Assembly: GCA_963732385.1 (NCBI GenBank)
Contig: CAVSZB010000008.1
Coordinates: 384,001 to 448,000 of the forward strand
Origin: an uncultured bacterium
Lineage (GTDB): Bacteria; Krumholzibacteriota; Krumholzibacteriia; LZORAL124-64-63
Length of the DNA stretch: 64,000 nucleotides
Reading direction: 5' to 3'
The notes below the pieces were generated by a model. That model was not told where the DNA came from. It was given only the letters and a program-made list of their open reading frames with translations, and made no database searches. Every line of letters begins with the position of its first letter. Positions within the stretch are counted from its first letter, which is position 1. The position numbers and the translations under genes were made by a program. Shown piece after piece: positions 38,897 through 48,158 of this stretch.

Positions 38897-40345
38897 ATGG
38901 GCGCCGAAGGACGACACTGGCGTGAAGAGTGCGGAGTGGTCGGCATCGCGGGCAGCCGCGAGTCGGCGCAGCTCGCCTGCCTGGCGTTGCACGCGCTCCA
39001 GCACCGGGGGCAGGAGAGCGCCGGCATCGCCGTGGCCGATGGCCACACGCTCGCCACCCACAAGGCGATGGGGCTGGTGGTCGATGTTTTCGGCGAGACG
39101 GCCCTGCGCTCCCTTTCCGGCACGAGCGCGATCGGCCACGTCCGTTACTCCACCACCGGTTCCTCGCATCTGCTGAACGCACAGCCGATCCAGGTGACGT
39201 CGCATCGCGGATCGGTGGCGCTCGCGCACAACGGCAATCTTGTCAACGCGCAGACCCTGCGCCACCGGATGGAACAGGAGGGGTCGATCTTCAGCACGAC
39301 GAGCGACTCCGAGATCATTCTCCATCTTATCGCCCGCAGCCGGGCCGACAGCATCGAGGAGGCGACGACCGATGCGCTGCGCCAGGTGCGGGGCGCGTTC
39401 AGTCTGGTCATCCTGACGCGGGATCGCCTCATCGCCGCCCGCGATCCGCATGGTTTTCGTCCCCTCTGCCTCGGGCGCTGCGGCGACAGCTTCGTGATCT
39501 GTTCGGAGAGCTGCGCCCTCGACATCATCGGCGGGACCTACCTGCGCGAAGTCGAACCGGGCGAGCTGCTGATCGTGGGGGATGGCGAGCTGCGGAGCCA
39601 TCGTCTCGCACCGCGGGAGACGGAACGCTGCTGCGTTTTCGAGCACATCTATTTTTCCCGGCCCGACTCGCGGGTCTTCGGGCAGAGCGTGGACCGGATC
39701 CGTCGGCGGTGCGGCGAGATCCTGGGGGAGGAGGGCCCGGCCGCGGCGGACCTGGTCTGCTCCGTGCCGGATTCCAGCAACACCGCAGCTCTTGGCTATG
39801 CCGCCGTCACCGGCCTGCCGTTCGAGCTCGGTCTGATCCGCAACCATTACGTCGGTCGTACCTTCATCTCGCCGGCGCAGAAACAGCGCGACACGTCGGT
39901 ACGCATCAAGTTCAATCCCGTCAAGGAGATCATCGAGGGCAAGCGGGTGGTTCTCGTCGACGACTCGATCGTGCGCGGCACCACCATGCGCAAACTGGTG
40001 AAGATCATCCGCGCCGCCGGCGCCGCGGAGGTGCATCTGCGGATCGCTTCGCCGCCGATCACCTATCCGTGCTACTACGGCATCGACACGCCCGTGCGCA
40101 AGGAGCTGATCGCCTCCAGCCACGAGGTCGGGGAGATCGCGACCTACCTGCGGGTCGATTCGCTGCGCTATCTGTCGCTGCCGGGGCTGTTGCAGGCCAC
40201 CGGCGCCGGCGCACGGTACTGCACCGCCTGTTTCACCGGGGATTACCCGCTGCCCTTCGACGCCATCACGGACAAGGAGATCTTCGATCAGGAGGCCGGT
40301 GCCCGGGAGGTTGTCGTCGATCCCCCGGACCGGAGCCGATCGTGA
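38897..40345 (+). CDS. purF: Amidophosphoribosyltransferase
   Basis: Propeptide EE|CGVVG, LQHRGQESAG, GHVRYST, VDDSIVRGTT, PCYYGID, YCTACF. Confidence 0.97.
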   Translation: MGAEGRHWREECGVVGIAGSRESAQLACLALHALQHRGQESAGIAVADGHTLATHKAMGLVVDVFGETALRSLSGTSAIGHVRYSTTGSSHLLNAQPIQVTSHRGSVALAHNGNLVNAQTLRHRMEQEGSIFSTTSDSEIILHLIARSRADSIEEATTDALRQVRGAFSLVILTRDRLIAARDPHGFRPLCLGRCGDSFVICSESCALDIIGGTYLREVEPGELLIVGDGELRSHRLAPRETERCCVFEHIYFSRPDSRVFGQSVDRIRRRCGEILGEEGPAAADLVCSVPDSSNTAALGYAAVTGLPFELGLIRNHYVGRTFISPAQKQRDTSVRIKFNPVKEIIEGKRVVLVDDSIVRGTTMRKLVKIIRAAGAAEVHLRIASPPITYPCYYGIDTPVRKELIASSHEVGEIATYLRVDSLRYLSLPGLLQATGAGARYCTACFTGDYPLPFDAITDKEIFDQEAGAREVVVDPPDRSRS

Positions 40346-40372
40346 TCGCCATGACTGCGGAATTGTGAGCCG

Positions 40373-43087
40373 TTGAACCACAGGACCGGGGACGAACGTT
40401 ATCGTCCCGATGACCGCTACGCCGACCCGGCCGTGCTGGGCGCGCTCCTGGAGGAGCGCGTGCTGCCGCTGGTGGCGCGTCCCACCCGCTATCTCGGTGG
40501 GGAGATGGGCGCCGATCGCCGCCCCTGGGACCCTGCCCGCGCCAACGTGTTGCTCGCCTTTCCCGACGCCTACGAGATCGGGATGTCGCACACCGGCCTG
40601 CGCATCCTCTACGCCCTGTTGAACCGCGACGACACCGCCTTCGCCGATCTCGCGTTCGCCCCCTGGCCCGACCTGGAGGCGCTGCTGCGCGCGGAGCGGA
40701 TGCCGCTCTTCGGCCTGCAGTCGCGGCGCAGCGTCGCCCAGTTCGACGTGCTGGCCTTCTCGCTCGGCTACGAGTTGAGCTACACCAATGTGCTGACGAT
40801 GATCGACCTGGCCGGCCTGCCGCTGCGCGCCCCGGCGCGGGGCGACGGCGATCCGCTGGTCGTCGCCGGCGGCGCCTGCGCGTCGAACCCCACGGTGCTC
40901 GCGCCCTTCGTGGATCTGTTCCTGACCGGTGACGGCGAGGAGTCGGTGCTCGATCTGGCTGCGAACGTGCGGGTGGCCAGGGCGGCGGGCGAGGGGCGCG
41001 CCGGCCTGCTGGCGCGATTGGGGCGGCTGCCGGGCGCCTGGCGCCCCGACGCGCCCGGTCCGGTCCGGCCTCGCGTGCTGGTCGATCTCGACCGCTTCGC
41101 GCCGCCGGTCGGGCCGGTCCCGATCACCGAGGCGGTCCATGACCGGCTCTCGGTCGAAGTGATGCGAGGTTGCGCGCGGGGCTGCCGGTTCTGCCAGGCC
41201 GGCCTGTTGCACCGGCCGGTGCGCGAGCGCGATCCCGCACGGGTGGCGGCGGTCGCCGCGGCGGGCGTTGCCGCCACCGGCTGGAACGAGGTTTCGCTGT
41301 TGTCGCTCTCGACCTCCGACTACGGCGGGCTGGCGGCGGCGGTGGCCGGCATCCGGCGGATCGCCGATCCCCGCACGAATCTGGTGCTGCCGAGCCTGCG
41401 CGTGGATTCGCTCGATCCGGAACTTTACGGTGAGATTTCGCGCGAGGAACCGGGCTCGTTCACGTTCGCGCCCGAGGCCGGCAGCCAGCGCCTGCGGGAC
41501 GTGATCAACAAGAACGTGACCGAGGCGGAGGTGCTGGCCAGTGTCGAACGCGCCTTCGCTGCGGGGGCGAAGGGGACCAAGCTCTATTTCATGATCGGGC
41601 TGCCGACCGAGACCGACGAGGATCTGCGCGCGCTCGTGGATCTGGTGCGGCGCATCGTCCGCTGTTCCCCCCGTGGCGGCGGGGCGATCACAGTTGCGAT
41701 CTCGCCGTTCTCGCCCAAGCCGCACACTCCTTTCCAGTGGGCGGGACAGATCCCGCGCGAGGAGATCACGCGTCGCAACCGTCTGTTGGAGCGGGAACTG
41801 GCGCGACTGCGGGTGAAGGTCAGCCTGCGCGATGCTGAGGTGTCGGAGCTGGAGGCTCTGCTCGGCCTCGGCGACGGCCGCTGCGCGGAGGCAGTGCTGG
41901 CGGCCTGGCGCGCCGGCGCCCGCTTCGATGGCTGGAGCGAGTGGTTCAACGCTGCGCGCTGGACCGCGGCGTTCGCGGCGGCCGGCGTCGACACGGCGGC
42001 GTTGCTCGCGCCGCGCGATCCGGAAGCGCCCCTGCCGTGGGACGATCTCGACATCGTCGACCGCGCGTTCCTGCGCGCCGAGTGGGCGCTGGCCCGGCGG
42101 GGGGAGATTACGCCCGATTGTCGCCTGGAGGGGGGCTGTGGCGGGTGCGGGGCCTGCTGCGGCGAGATCGGCCATGTGGCGGCGCCGCCCGTGGCGGTGG
42201 CCCCGGCAGTCGCCAGCCCCGGGGTGGCGCCGTTGCCAGCCTTCGATCCCCGCAACGCCAGCCCCGAGGATCCTGTGCAGGAGCGCCGGCGCTGGACGGT
42301 GTGGCGCGGTCAGGCTCCGGGCCGCTGCTGGCACCGCGCCGAGTACACGAAGCTCGGCCCGGCCCGGTTCCTGGGGCACCTCGACTTCCAGCGTCTGCTC
42401 CAGCTGGCGCTGCGCCGCGCCGGCGTGCCGGTGGCCTACAGCCTTGGCTTTCATCCGCATCCCCTGCTCAAGTTCGGACCGCCGCTGCCGGTCGGCGTGG
42501 AGGGGGAGCGCGAAGTGTGTGACGTGGCGCTCGATCGGCCCGATCCCGACTGGGTCGCGGTGCTCAACGCGGTCCTGCCCGACGGTGTGCGGTTGCGCGG
42601 CGCCGAGCCGGTCGGCCCGATCCTGCCCGAGTCGGTCGAGACCTGTGTCGGTCGTTTCGACTACGCGGCCGTGCTGGTGCCGCGGTCGGCCGGCGGTCCC
42701 GATCCCGCGGCCGTGCGCGAGTGCGTGGCCCGTTTCCTGGCGGCCGAAGCCTGGCCGCATGTCCGCCGCCGGGAGAAGGGCGATGTCGAGCTCGACGTTC
42801 GTCCCTGCGTGCCGGTTGACGGACTCCTGTCTGCAACGCACGGCGCGGCGCCGGGCGTCGGGACTGTTCTCACGTTTTCCATTCTGCGGCAAACCGGAGC
42901 CCCCGGTCTGCCGCCGCACGATTTCCTGACCGCCCTTTTGGGCGATCTTCTCCCCGAGCCGCGGCTGTGCCGCGTCCGGCGCACCGCCCTGCTCGGCCGC
43001 GATGCGGCGGGCCATTGGCGGACGCCGCTGGTCATGGCCGGGGAGGCCAACCGCAGACTATGGCTCCGGAAGCGCGTGAGCGCGTGA
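40373..43087 (+). CDS. TIGR03960 B12-binding radical SAM protein fused to TIGR03936 (DUF2344) domain
   Basis: P.RYLGGE, FPDAYEIGMSH, RGCARGCRFCQAG, KLYFMIGLPTE, PKPHTPFQW; C-terminal FLGHLD...AYSLGFHPHP. Confidence 0.92.
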   Translation: MNHRTGDERYRPDDRYADPAVLGALLEERVLPLVARPTRYLGGEMGADRRPWDPARANVLLAFPDAYEIGMSHTGLRILYALLNRDDTAFADLAFAPWPDLEALLRAERMPLFGLQSRRSVAQFDVLAFSLGYELSYTNVLTMIDLAGLPLRAPARGDGDPLVVAGGACASNPTVLAPFVDLFLTGDGEESVLDLAANVRVARAAGEGRAGLLARLGRLPGAWRPDAPGPVRPRVLVDLDRFAPPVGPVPITEAVHDRLSVEVMRGCARGCRFCQAGLLHRPVRERDPARVAAVAAAGVAATGWNEVSLLSLSTSDYGGLAAAVAGIRRIADPRTNLVLPSLRVDSLDPELYGEISREEPGSFTFAPEAGSQRLRDVINKNVTEAEVLASVERAFAAGAKGTKLYFMIGLPTETDEDLRALVDLVRRIVRCSPRGGGAITVAISPFSPKPHTPFQWAGQIPREEITRRNRLLERELARLRVKVSLRDAEVSELEALLGLGDGRCAEAVLAAWRAGARFDGWSEWFNAARWTAAFAAAGVDTAALLAPRDPEAPLPWDDLDIVDRAFLRAEWALARRGEITPDCRLEGGCGGCGACCGEIGHVAAPPVAVAPAVASPGVAPLPAFDPRNASPEDPVQERRRWTVWRGQAPGRCWHRAEYTKLGPARFLGHLDFQRLLQLALRRAGVPVAYSLGFHPHPLLKFGPPLPVGVEGEREVCDVALDRPDPDWVAVLNAVLPDGVRLRGAEPVGPILPESVETCVGRFDYAAVLVPRSAGGPDPAAVRECVARFLAAEAWPHVRRREKGDVELDVRPCVPVDGLLSATHGAAPGVGTVLTFSILRQTGAPGLPPHDFLTALLGDLLPEPRLCRVRRTALLGRDAAGHWRTPLVMAGEANRRLWLRKRVSA

Positions 43088-43110
43088 GCCGTGAAACGGA
43101 ACGACAAATC

Positions 43111-44820
43111 ATGAAGAAAGAAATCATCATCAACTCCACGCCCCACGAGATCCGTATCGCCATCCTCGAAGACGACGAGCTGGTCGAACTGATGATGGAG
43201 CGCGCCGACGCGCGCCGCATCGTGGGGAACATCTACAAGGGCGTCGTCGCCTCCGTGAAGCCGGGGTTGCAGGCGGCGTTCATCGACATCGGCCTCGAGA
43301 AGGCAGGCTTCCTGCACGCCTCCGACCTCGTGCACGAGGATCCCGAGGATGACGAGGTCGATGCCCCGGCGCCCGCACCCGACCGGCGGCCCGAATGGCG
43401 CGATCGCGTGTTTCCGGACATCGGCAAGACCCTGAAGGTGGGCGACGAGATCCTCGTGCAGGTGACCAAGGAGCAGATAGGCACCAAGGGGTCACGCCTC
43501 ACCGCGGATCTGAGCCTGGCGGGCCGTTTTCTGGTCCTGATGCCGAAGGGACACCGTGTCGGGGTGTCGCGCAAGATCGAAGACCGCCGCGAGCGCGTGC
43601 GTCTCAAGCAGCTCCTGCAGCAGGTGCGTCCCGACGAGGGGGCCTTCATCATCCGCACGGCCGCCGAGGGGATCACCGAGGAGCAGTTCCGCAAGGACGT
43701 TGATTACCTGACCAACCTCTGGCAGGACGTCAAGCGGGCCAACGCCGCGCAGCAGGGTCCGGGCCTCGTGCACGAAGACGTGGGCATGGTCGTCGGTCTG
43801 ATCCGCGACATCTTCAAGGAGGATGTCGATGCCCTCGTGATCGACGAGAGCGAGGACTACGAGCGGCTTGTGAAGTACGTCCAGACCTTCGCTCCCGAAC
43901 TGCGGCCGCGGGTGCGGGAGTATTCCGCCAGCCTGCCGGTTTTTGACCACTACGGCATCGAAACCGAGATCCGCAAGAGCCTCGACCGCCGCGTCTGGAT
44001 GAAGAAGGGCGGCTATCTGGTGATCGAGCAGACCGAGGCGCTCGTGTCCATCGACGTCAACACCGGTCGCTTCACCGGCAAGCGCAACCAGGAGGACACG
44101 ATCCTGCAGACGAACCTGATCGCCGCGCACGAAGCGGCGCGGCAGGTGCGGCTGCGCGACCTCGGCGGCATCATCGTCATCGACTTCATCGACATGGATA
44201 ACGAGGCCAACAAGAAGCGGGTCCTCAACGAGCTGCGGACATATCTCAAGAACGACCGCGCCCGCACCAAGACTTTCGGGGTGAGCAATCTCGGGCTGGT
44301 CGAAATGAGCCGCCAGCGGGTGCGGCCGTCGCTGATCGCGTTCCTGAGCGACGCCTGCCCCTACTGCACCGGCATGGGCAAGGTGCAGAGCCTCGAGACC
44401 CTCAGCAATCGCATCGAGCGGCTCATCCACCGCGCCGTCACCATCACGCGGGAACGGCGGCTCCAGATCCAGGCCAACCCGACGCTGGCGCTGTTCATCC
44501 TGGAGGAACGGGGCGACCAGTACCGCGATCTCGCGCGCGCCCACGCGGTCGAAATCGATGTGCTCGACGATCCCGCGCTGCACCGCGAGGAGTTCCGGCT
44601 CCTCTCGCTCGACACCGGGCGGGATCTGTCGGCCGAAGCGGAGAAACCGGTCGGCGTCTCTGCGGGAAGCCCCGGCGGCAATGGCGGGGGTGGCAGCGGT
44701 GGCGGCGGTGGCGGCGGTGGCGGCGCGAGGCCGCACGGACGTCCGCCCCTGCGCAGCGGCGGTCGCGGCGGGGGGCGGGGCCCGGCGCGCGGCGGCAGCC
44801 GCGGCGCACCCCGGGCCTAG
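43111..44820 (+). CDS. Ribonuclease E/G family (RNase G-like) with Gly/Arg-rich tail
   Basis: GNIYKG, AAFIDIG, QVTKE, IDVNTG, LRDLGGIIVIDFIDM, CPYC Zn link. Confidence 0.95.
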   Translation: MKKEIIINSTPHEIRIAILEDDELVELMMERADARRIVGNIYKGVVASVKPGLQAAFIDIGLEKAGFLHASDLVHEDPEDDEVDAPAPAPDRRPEWRDRVFPDIGKTLKVGDEILVQVTKEQIGTKGSRLTADLSLAGRFLVLMPKGHRVGVSRKIEDRRERVRLKQLLQQVRPDEGAFIIRTAAEGITEEQFRKDVDYLTNLWQDVKRANAAQQGPGLVHEDVGMVVGLIRDIFKEDVDALVIDESEDYERLVKYVQTFAPELRPRVREYSASLPVFDHYGIETEIRKSLDRRVWMKKGGYLVIEQTEALVSIDVNTGRFTGKRNQEDTILQTNLIAAHEAARQVRLRDLGGIIVIDFIDMDNEANKKRVLNELRTYLKNDRARTKTFGVSNLGLVEMSRQRVRPSLIAFLSDACPYCTGMGKVQSLETLSNRIERLIHRAVTITRERRLQIQANPTLALFILEERGDQYRDLARAHAVEIDVLDDPALHREEFRLLSLDTGRDLSAEAEKPVGVSAGSPGGNGGGGSGGGGGGGGGARPHGRPPLRSGGRGGGRGPARGGSRGAPRA

Positions 44821-45770
44821 GCGCCGCCGGGCGGGAGCGGATCGAGGCGGGCGCGCCACTGCAGGCGCGCCGTGGCCCACCAGAGTCGGGCCAGCGAGCG
44901 GTTGCGCGCGCGCTCTCCCGGGGCCACGCTGCGCCAGAGCGCCTTGGTCGCGTACTCCACGAACTGGGCCGCCCGGATGCGGATTACCGCGTCCGGACCC
45001 TCGTGCTTGGCCATGAACAGCCGGTAGCTGTGCTGGAACTGCTCCAGACGGAACCGCCCGGTCCGTTCCGCGGCGCGCCCTTCCAGGTGGATCACCCGCG
45101 TCGTCGCGCAGTAATACACCCGCCACCCCGCGGCCCGCGCCCGCCGGCACCAGTCGGTCTCCTCGAAGTACATGAAGAAGCGCTCGTCCAGCGGACCGAC
45201 CTGCGCCAGCGCCTCGCGGCGCAGCATCAGACAGGCTCCGGTAACATAATCGACCGGCCCGCTTCCCGCGTCCGGGCCGGGGGCCACCCCGAGGCCGGAC
45301 CGGCGCAGTCGCCCCGGCAGCCAGCGCCGGTGCGGATCGAGCAGCGCGAACAGGTGGAGGCGAGCGGCGGGAAAGTCGCCCCAGGTCACCGTGGGGCGTC
45401 CCCCGGCGTCGACCAGCGTCGGCCCTGCGGCGGCCGCGTTCGGCGTCGCCATCAGGAAGGCGAACAGCGCGGCCAGCGAACCGGGCGGGCAGATCGTATC
45501 GGGGTTGAGCAGCAGCACCGCCCGCCCCGTGCAGTGCGGAAAGGCGAAGTTGTTGCCCCGGGCGAAACCGAGGTTCTCGCCTCCCTCGAGCAGGCGGCAG
45601 GCGGGGAAGTCGGCGCGCACCATGGCGGCTGAGCCGTCCTGGGAAGCATTATCGACCACGAGCGTTTCCGTGGCGAGCCCCGCCGTCGCTCCGGGCAGCG
45701 AAGCGAGGCAGGCGCGCAGCAACTCGCGCGTATTCCAATTCACCAGGACGATGGAGAGGTCCACGTTCAT
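44817..45770 (-). CDS. Glycosyltransferase family 2
   Basis: LSIVLVNWNT, VVDNASQDGS, NLGFARGNN, LLNPD, FFMYFEETDWC. Confidence 0.93.
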   Translation of the reverse strand: MNVDLSIVLVNWNTRELLRACLASLPGATAGLATETLVVDNASQDGSAAMVRADFPACRLLEGGENLGFARGNNFAFPHCTGRAVLLLNPDTICPPGSLAALFAFLMATPNAAAAGPTLVDAGGRPTVTWGDFPAARLHLFALLDPHRRWLPGRLRRSGLGVAPGPDAGSGPVDYVTGACLMLRREALAQVGPLDERFFMYFEETDWCRRARAAGWRVYYCATTRVIHLEGRAAERTGRFRLEQFQHSYRLFMAKHEGPDAVIRIRAAQFVEYATKALWRSVAPGERARNRSLARLWWATARLQWRARLDPLPPGGA

Positions 45771-45783
45771 CCTGCCCGCCGTG

Positions 45784-46593
45784 TCAGTGCTGCCGGCGGC
45801 TGGCGCCGCGCAGAATTTCCTGCTCCTCGGGGGTGAGGCTCTGCAGCCCTTCGCGGGAGATCTTCTCGAGAATAGCATCGATCCGCTCACGGCCGTGCGT
45901 GCGCGGTTCGGGGCGGTCGGTGTCGATCACCCGGAAGCGGGCGCGCGCCTGGCGCTGGCGCCAGGAGGCGACGCCGCCGCGGTGCTGCAGCCCCGCCTTC
46001 AGCCAGATGTAGCCGAACAGCATGCCGCCCAGGTGAGCGAAGTGGCCGATGTTGCCGCCGGAGCCGAGCCAGGCGGCGAGCAGTTCGAGCAGGCCGAACA
46101 GGAGCACGAAGTAGCGCGCCTTGATCGGGATCAGGAAGTAGAGCAGGATCTCGCGGTCGGGGAAAAGCAGCCCGAAGGCGAGCAGCAGGCCGAAGATCGC
46201 GCCCGACGCTCCCACCAGCGGCGCCGTCGAGCCCCACGACGTGAGCGTATAGGTGAGCCCGCCCCCGAACCCGGTCACGAAGTAGTAGGTCAGGAAGGCT
46301 CGCCGTCCCCAGAGCGTCTCGATCTCCGAGCCGAACATCCAGAGCGCGAACATGTTGAAGAACAGGTGCCAGAAGCTGCCGTGCAGGAACATGTAGGTGG
46401 CGAACTGCCACAGGTGCAGACGGGGAAGGGCGTCGGCCGGCACGAGGCCGAAGAAACCGATGAATGCGTCACCCAGCGACGACCGCGACAGGCCGAGCAG
46501 CCACTGGATGATGAAGACCGTGATGTTGGCCGCCAGCAGGGCCCGGATCGTCGGGCTGGCCGACGGTCCGAAGCGCAGCAGGCCTCCGCCCAT
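45784..46593 (-). CDS. Rhomboid intramembrane serine protease with C-terminal helical extension
   Basis: WQFATYMFLH, HLFFNM, GASG, AHLGG; IDAILEKIS..G..SLT tail. Confidence 0.93.
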   Translation of the reverse strand: MGGGLLRFGPSASPTIRALLAANITVFIIQWLLGLSRSSLGDAFIGFFGLVPADALPRLHLWQFATYMFLHGSFWHLFFNMFALWMFGSEIETLWGRRAFLTYYFVTGFGGGLTYTLTSWGSTAPLVGASGAIFGLLLAFGLLFPDREILLYFLIPIKARYFVLLFGLLELLAAWLGSGGNIGHFAHLGGMLFGYIWLKAGLQHRGGVASWRQRQARARFRVIDTDRPEPRTHGRERIDAILEKISREGLQSLTPEEQEILRGASRRQH

Positions 46594-46847
46594 CCCGTAC
46601 CGAGTTCCCACGCCGGCTCCTCCCGCGGCAACTGCGCCGCCGGTCACAACCTAGCACGCGCCGGGCCTGTCGTCAGCCGGAATCCGGGTGTCCGGGCCCC
46701 ACAATTGAAAAGCCCTTTGCGCAACTAGGCGGCCGTGCTAGGTTCCGCGACATTCCCGAGGTACGACTTGGATTGACCTTTGGCTCCGCTGCGACCTTTC
46801 CTGGAGCCTCCGGGTCAATTCCCCGCTTCTCCGGACAAGGGGGCGAC

Positions 46848-48143
46848 ATGCGAAAGAGGTTCCTCCAGTTGGCGCCCGTGATGGGGCTCCTGCTCCTGGG
46901 CGCCGAACTGGCACATGCATCCGGCTTCAGCATCTATGAAGCCGGGTCCCGGGCCACTGCTTTGGGCTGCGCCTTCACCGCGACGGCGGACGACGGTTCG
47001 GCGCTGTTCTACAACGCCGCCGGCCTCTCCTTCCAATCCGGCACCAGCGCCGGTCTGAACCTCATCGGTGTCGCGCCCCAGTTCAAGTTTGCCGGGCACC
47101 TCACCCAGGGCGACGCCCTGCAGACCGGCGAGGCCGAGAGCAGGGTGTACCTCGTTCCGGGTGCGTACTACACCGCCAATCCGGGGGGCAAATTCGCTTA
47201 CGGCGTGGGGGTCTACGCACCGTTCGGCCTGGGTGTCGTCTGGAAGGACGGTGCCGATTGGGTGGGGCGCCGGATCAGCCACGACGTCTCGATCGAAACG
47301 ATCTACGTGACCCCGGCCATCAGTTGGATGGCCGCCGATGGCCTGGCCCTGGCGTTCGGTGTGGATGTCGCCCGGCAGAAGCTGGATCTGATCAAGTTCA
47401 CGCCCGAACCTTCGTTCGGCACGAACGCCATCGAGACCGAGATCGCCGGCACCAGCAAGCTGAACGTCACGCCTTCGCTCGGCGTTATGTACCGGCCGTC
47501 GCCCACGCTCTCGTTCGGCGCCATGTACCACTTCGAGAAGACCATGAAGTTCGAGGAGCAGGACGCCACTCTGGACAACGTTCAGGCGGACGGCGAAACC
47601 TGGGCCGCCACGCTGCTGGCCGGGCTCGGCGGCAGCAACCAGATCGTCTCCTCCGAGCTGAACCTGCCGTCGATGATGTCGCTCGGCATGGCCGTGCAGG
47701 TCTCGCCCAAGCTGCGCGTCGAGGGCGACTACGTACGCTTCGGCTGGAGCACCTTCGAGAAGCTCGACCTGGACTTCACGAATGACAACCTCGACCAGGT
47801 GATCCACTTCAACTACGAGGATTCCTGGCAGGTGCGGTTCGGCGCCGAGTTGCAGGCGAGCGAAGCGGTCAGCCTGATGGCCGGCTATGTGCACGACAAG
47901 ACGCCGCAGCCGCTGCGCGCCGTCAGCCCTCTGCTGCCCGACAGCGACCGCAACGACTACTCGATCGGTGTCCGCCTCCGCCGCGGCGCCTGGGATCTCA
48001 ACGCCAGCTACATGGTGGTCGTCGGCACCGCGCGCACCAACGTCGAAGACGGCGAACCGCTGCGCAACACGACCGACTACCCGTTCGGAACCTACAAGTC
48101 GCTCGCCAACCTGTACGGCGTTGGCATGCAGTACAACTTCTAG
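46848..48143 (+). CDS. FadL/OmpP1/TodX outer-membrane transporter
   Basis: Signal peptide, SGFSIYE...ADDGSALFYNAAGL, YAPFGL, LPDSDR, terminal Phe. Confidence 0.92.
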   Translation: MRKRFLQLAPVMGLLLLGAELAHASGFSIYEAGSRATALGCAFTATADDGSALFYNAAGLSFQSGTSAGLNLIGVAPQFKFAGHLTQGDALQTGEAESRVYLVPGAYYTANPGGKFAYGVGVYAPFGLGVVWKDGADWVGRRISHDVSIETIYVTPAISWMAADGLALAFGVDVARQKLDLIKFTPEPSFGTNAIETEIAGTSKLNVTPSLGVMYRPSPTLSFGAMYHFEKTMKFEEQDATLDNVQADGETWAATLLAGLGGSNQIVSSELNLPSMMSLGMAVQVSPKLRVEGDYVRFGWSTFEKLDLDFTNDNLDQVIHFNYEDSWQVRFGAELQASEAVSLMAGYVHDKTPQPLRAVSPLLPDSDRNDYSIGVRLRRGAWDLNASYMVVVGTARTNVEDGEPLRNTTDYPFGTYKSLANLYGVGMQYNF

Positions 48144-48158
48144 AAGGAGGTGCAGGAA

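Noticed and set aside
38789..43015. Long antisense ORFs (1408 aa here; also 26748-29171, 29225-31825, 46815-49526, 53359-55773)
   Set aside because: Shadow ORFs opposite well-supported genes, expected at this GC content, with no recognisable motifs
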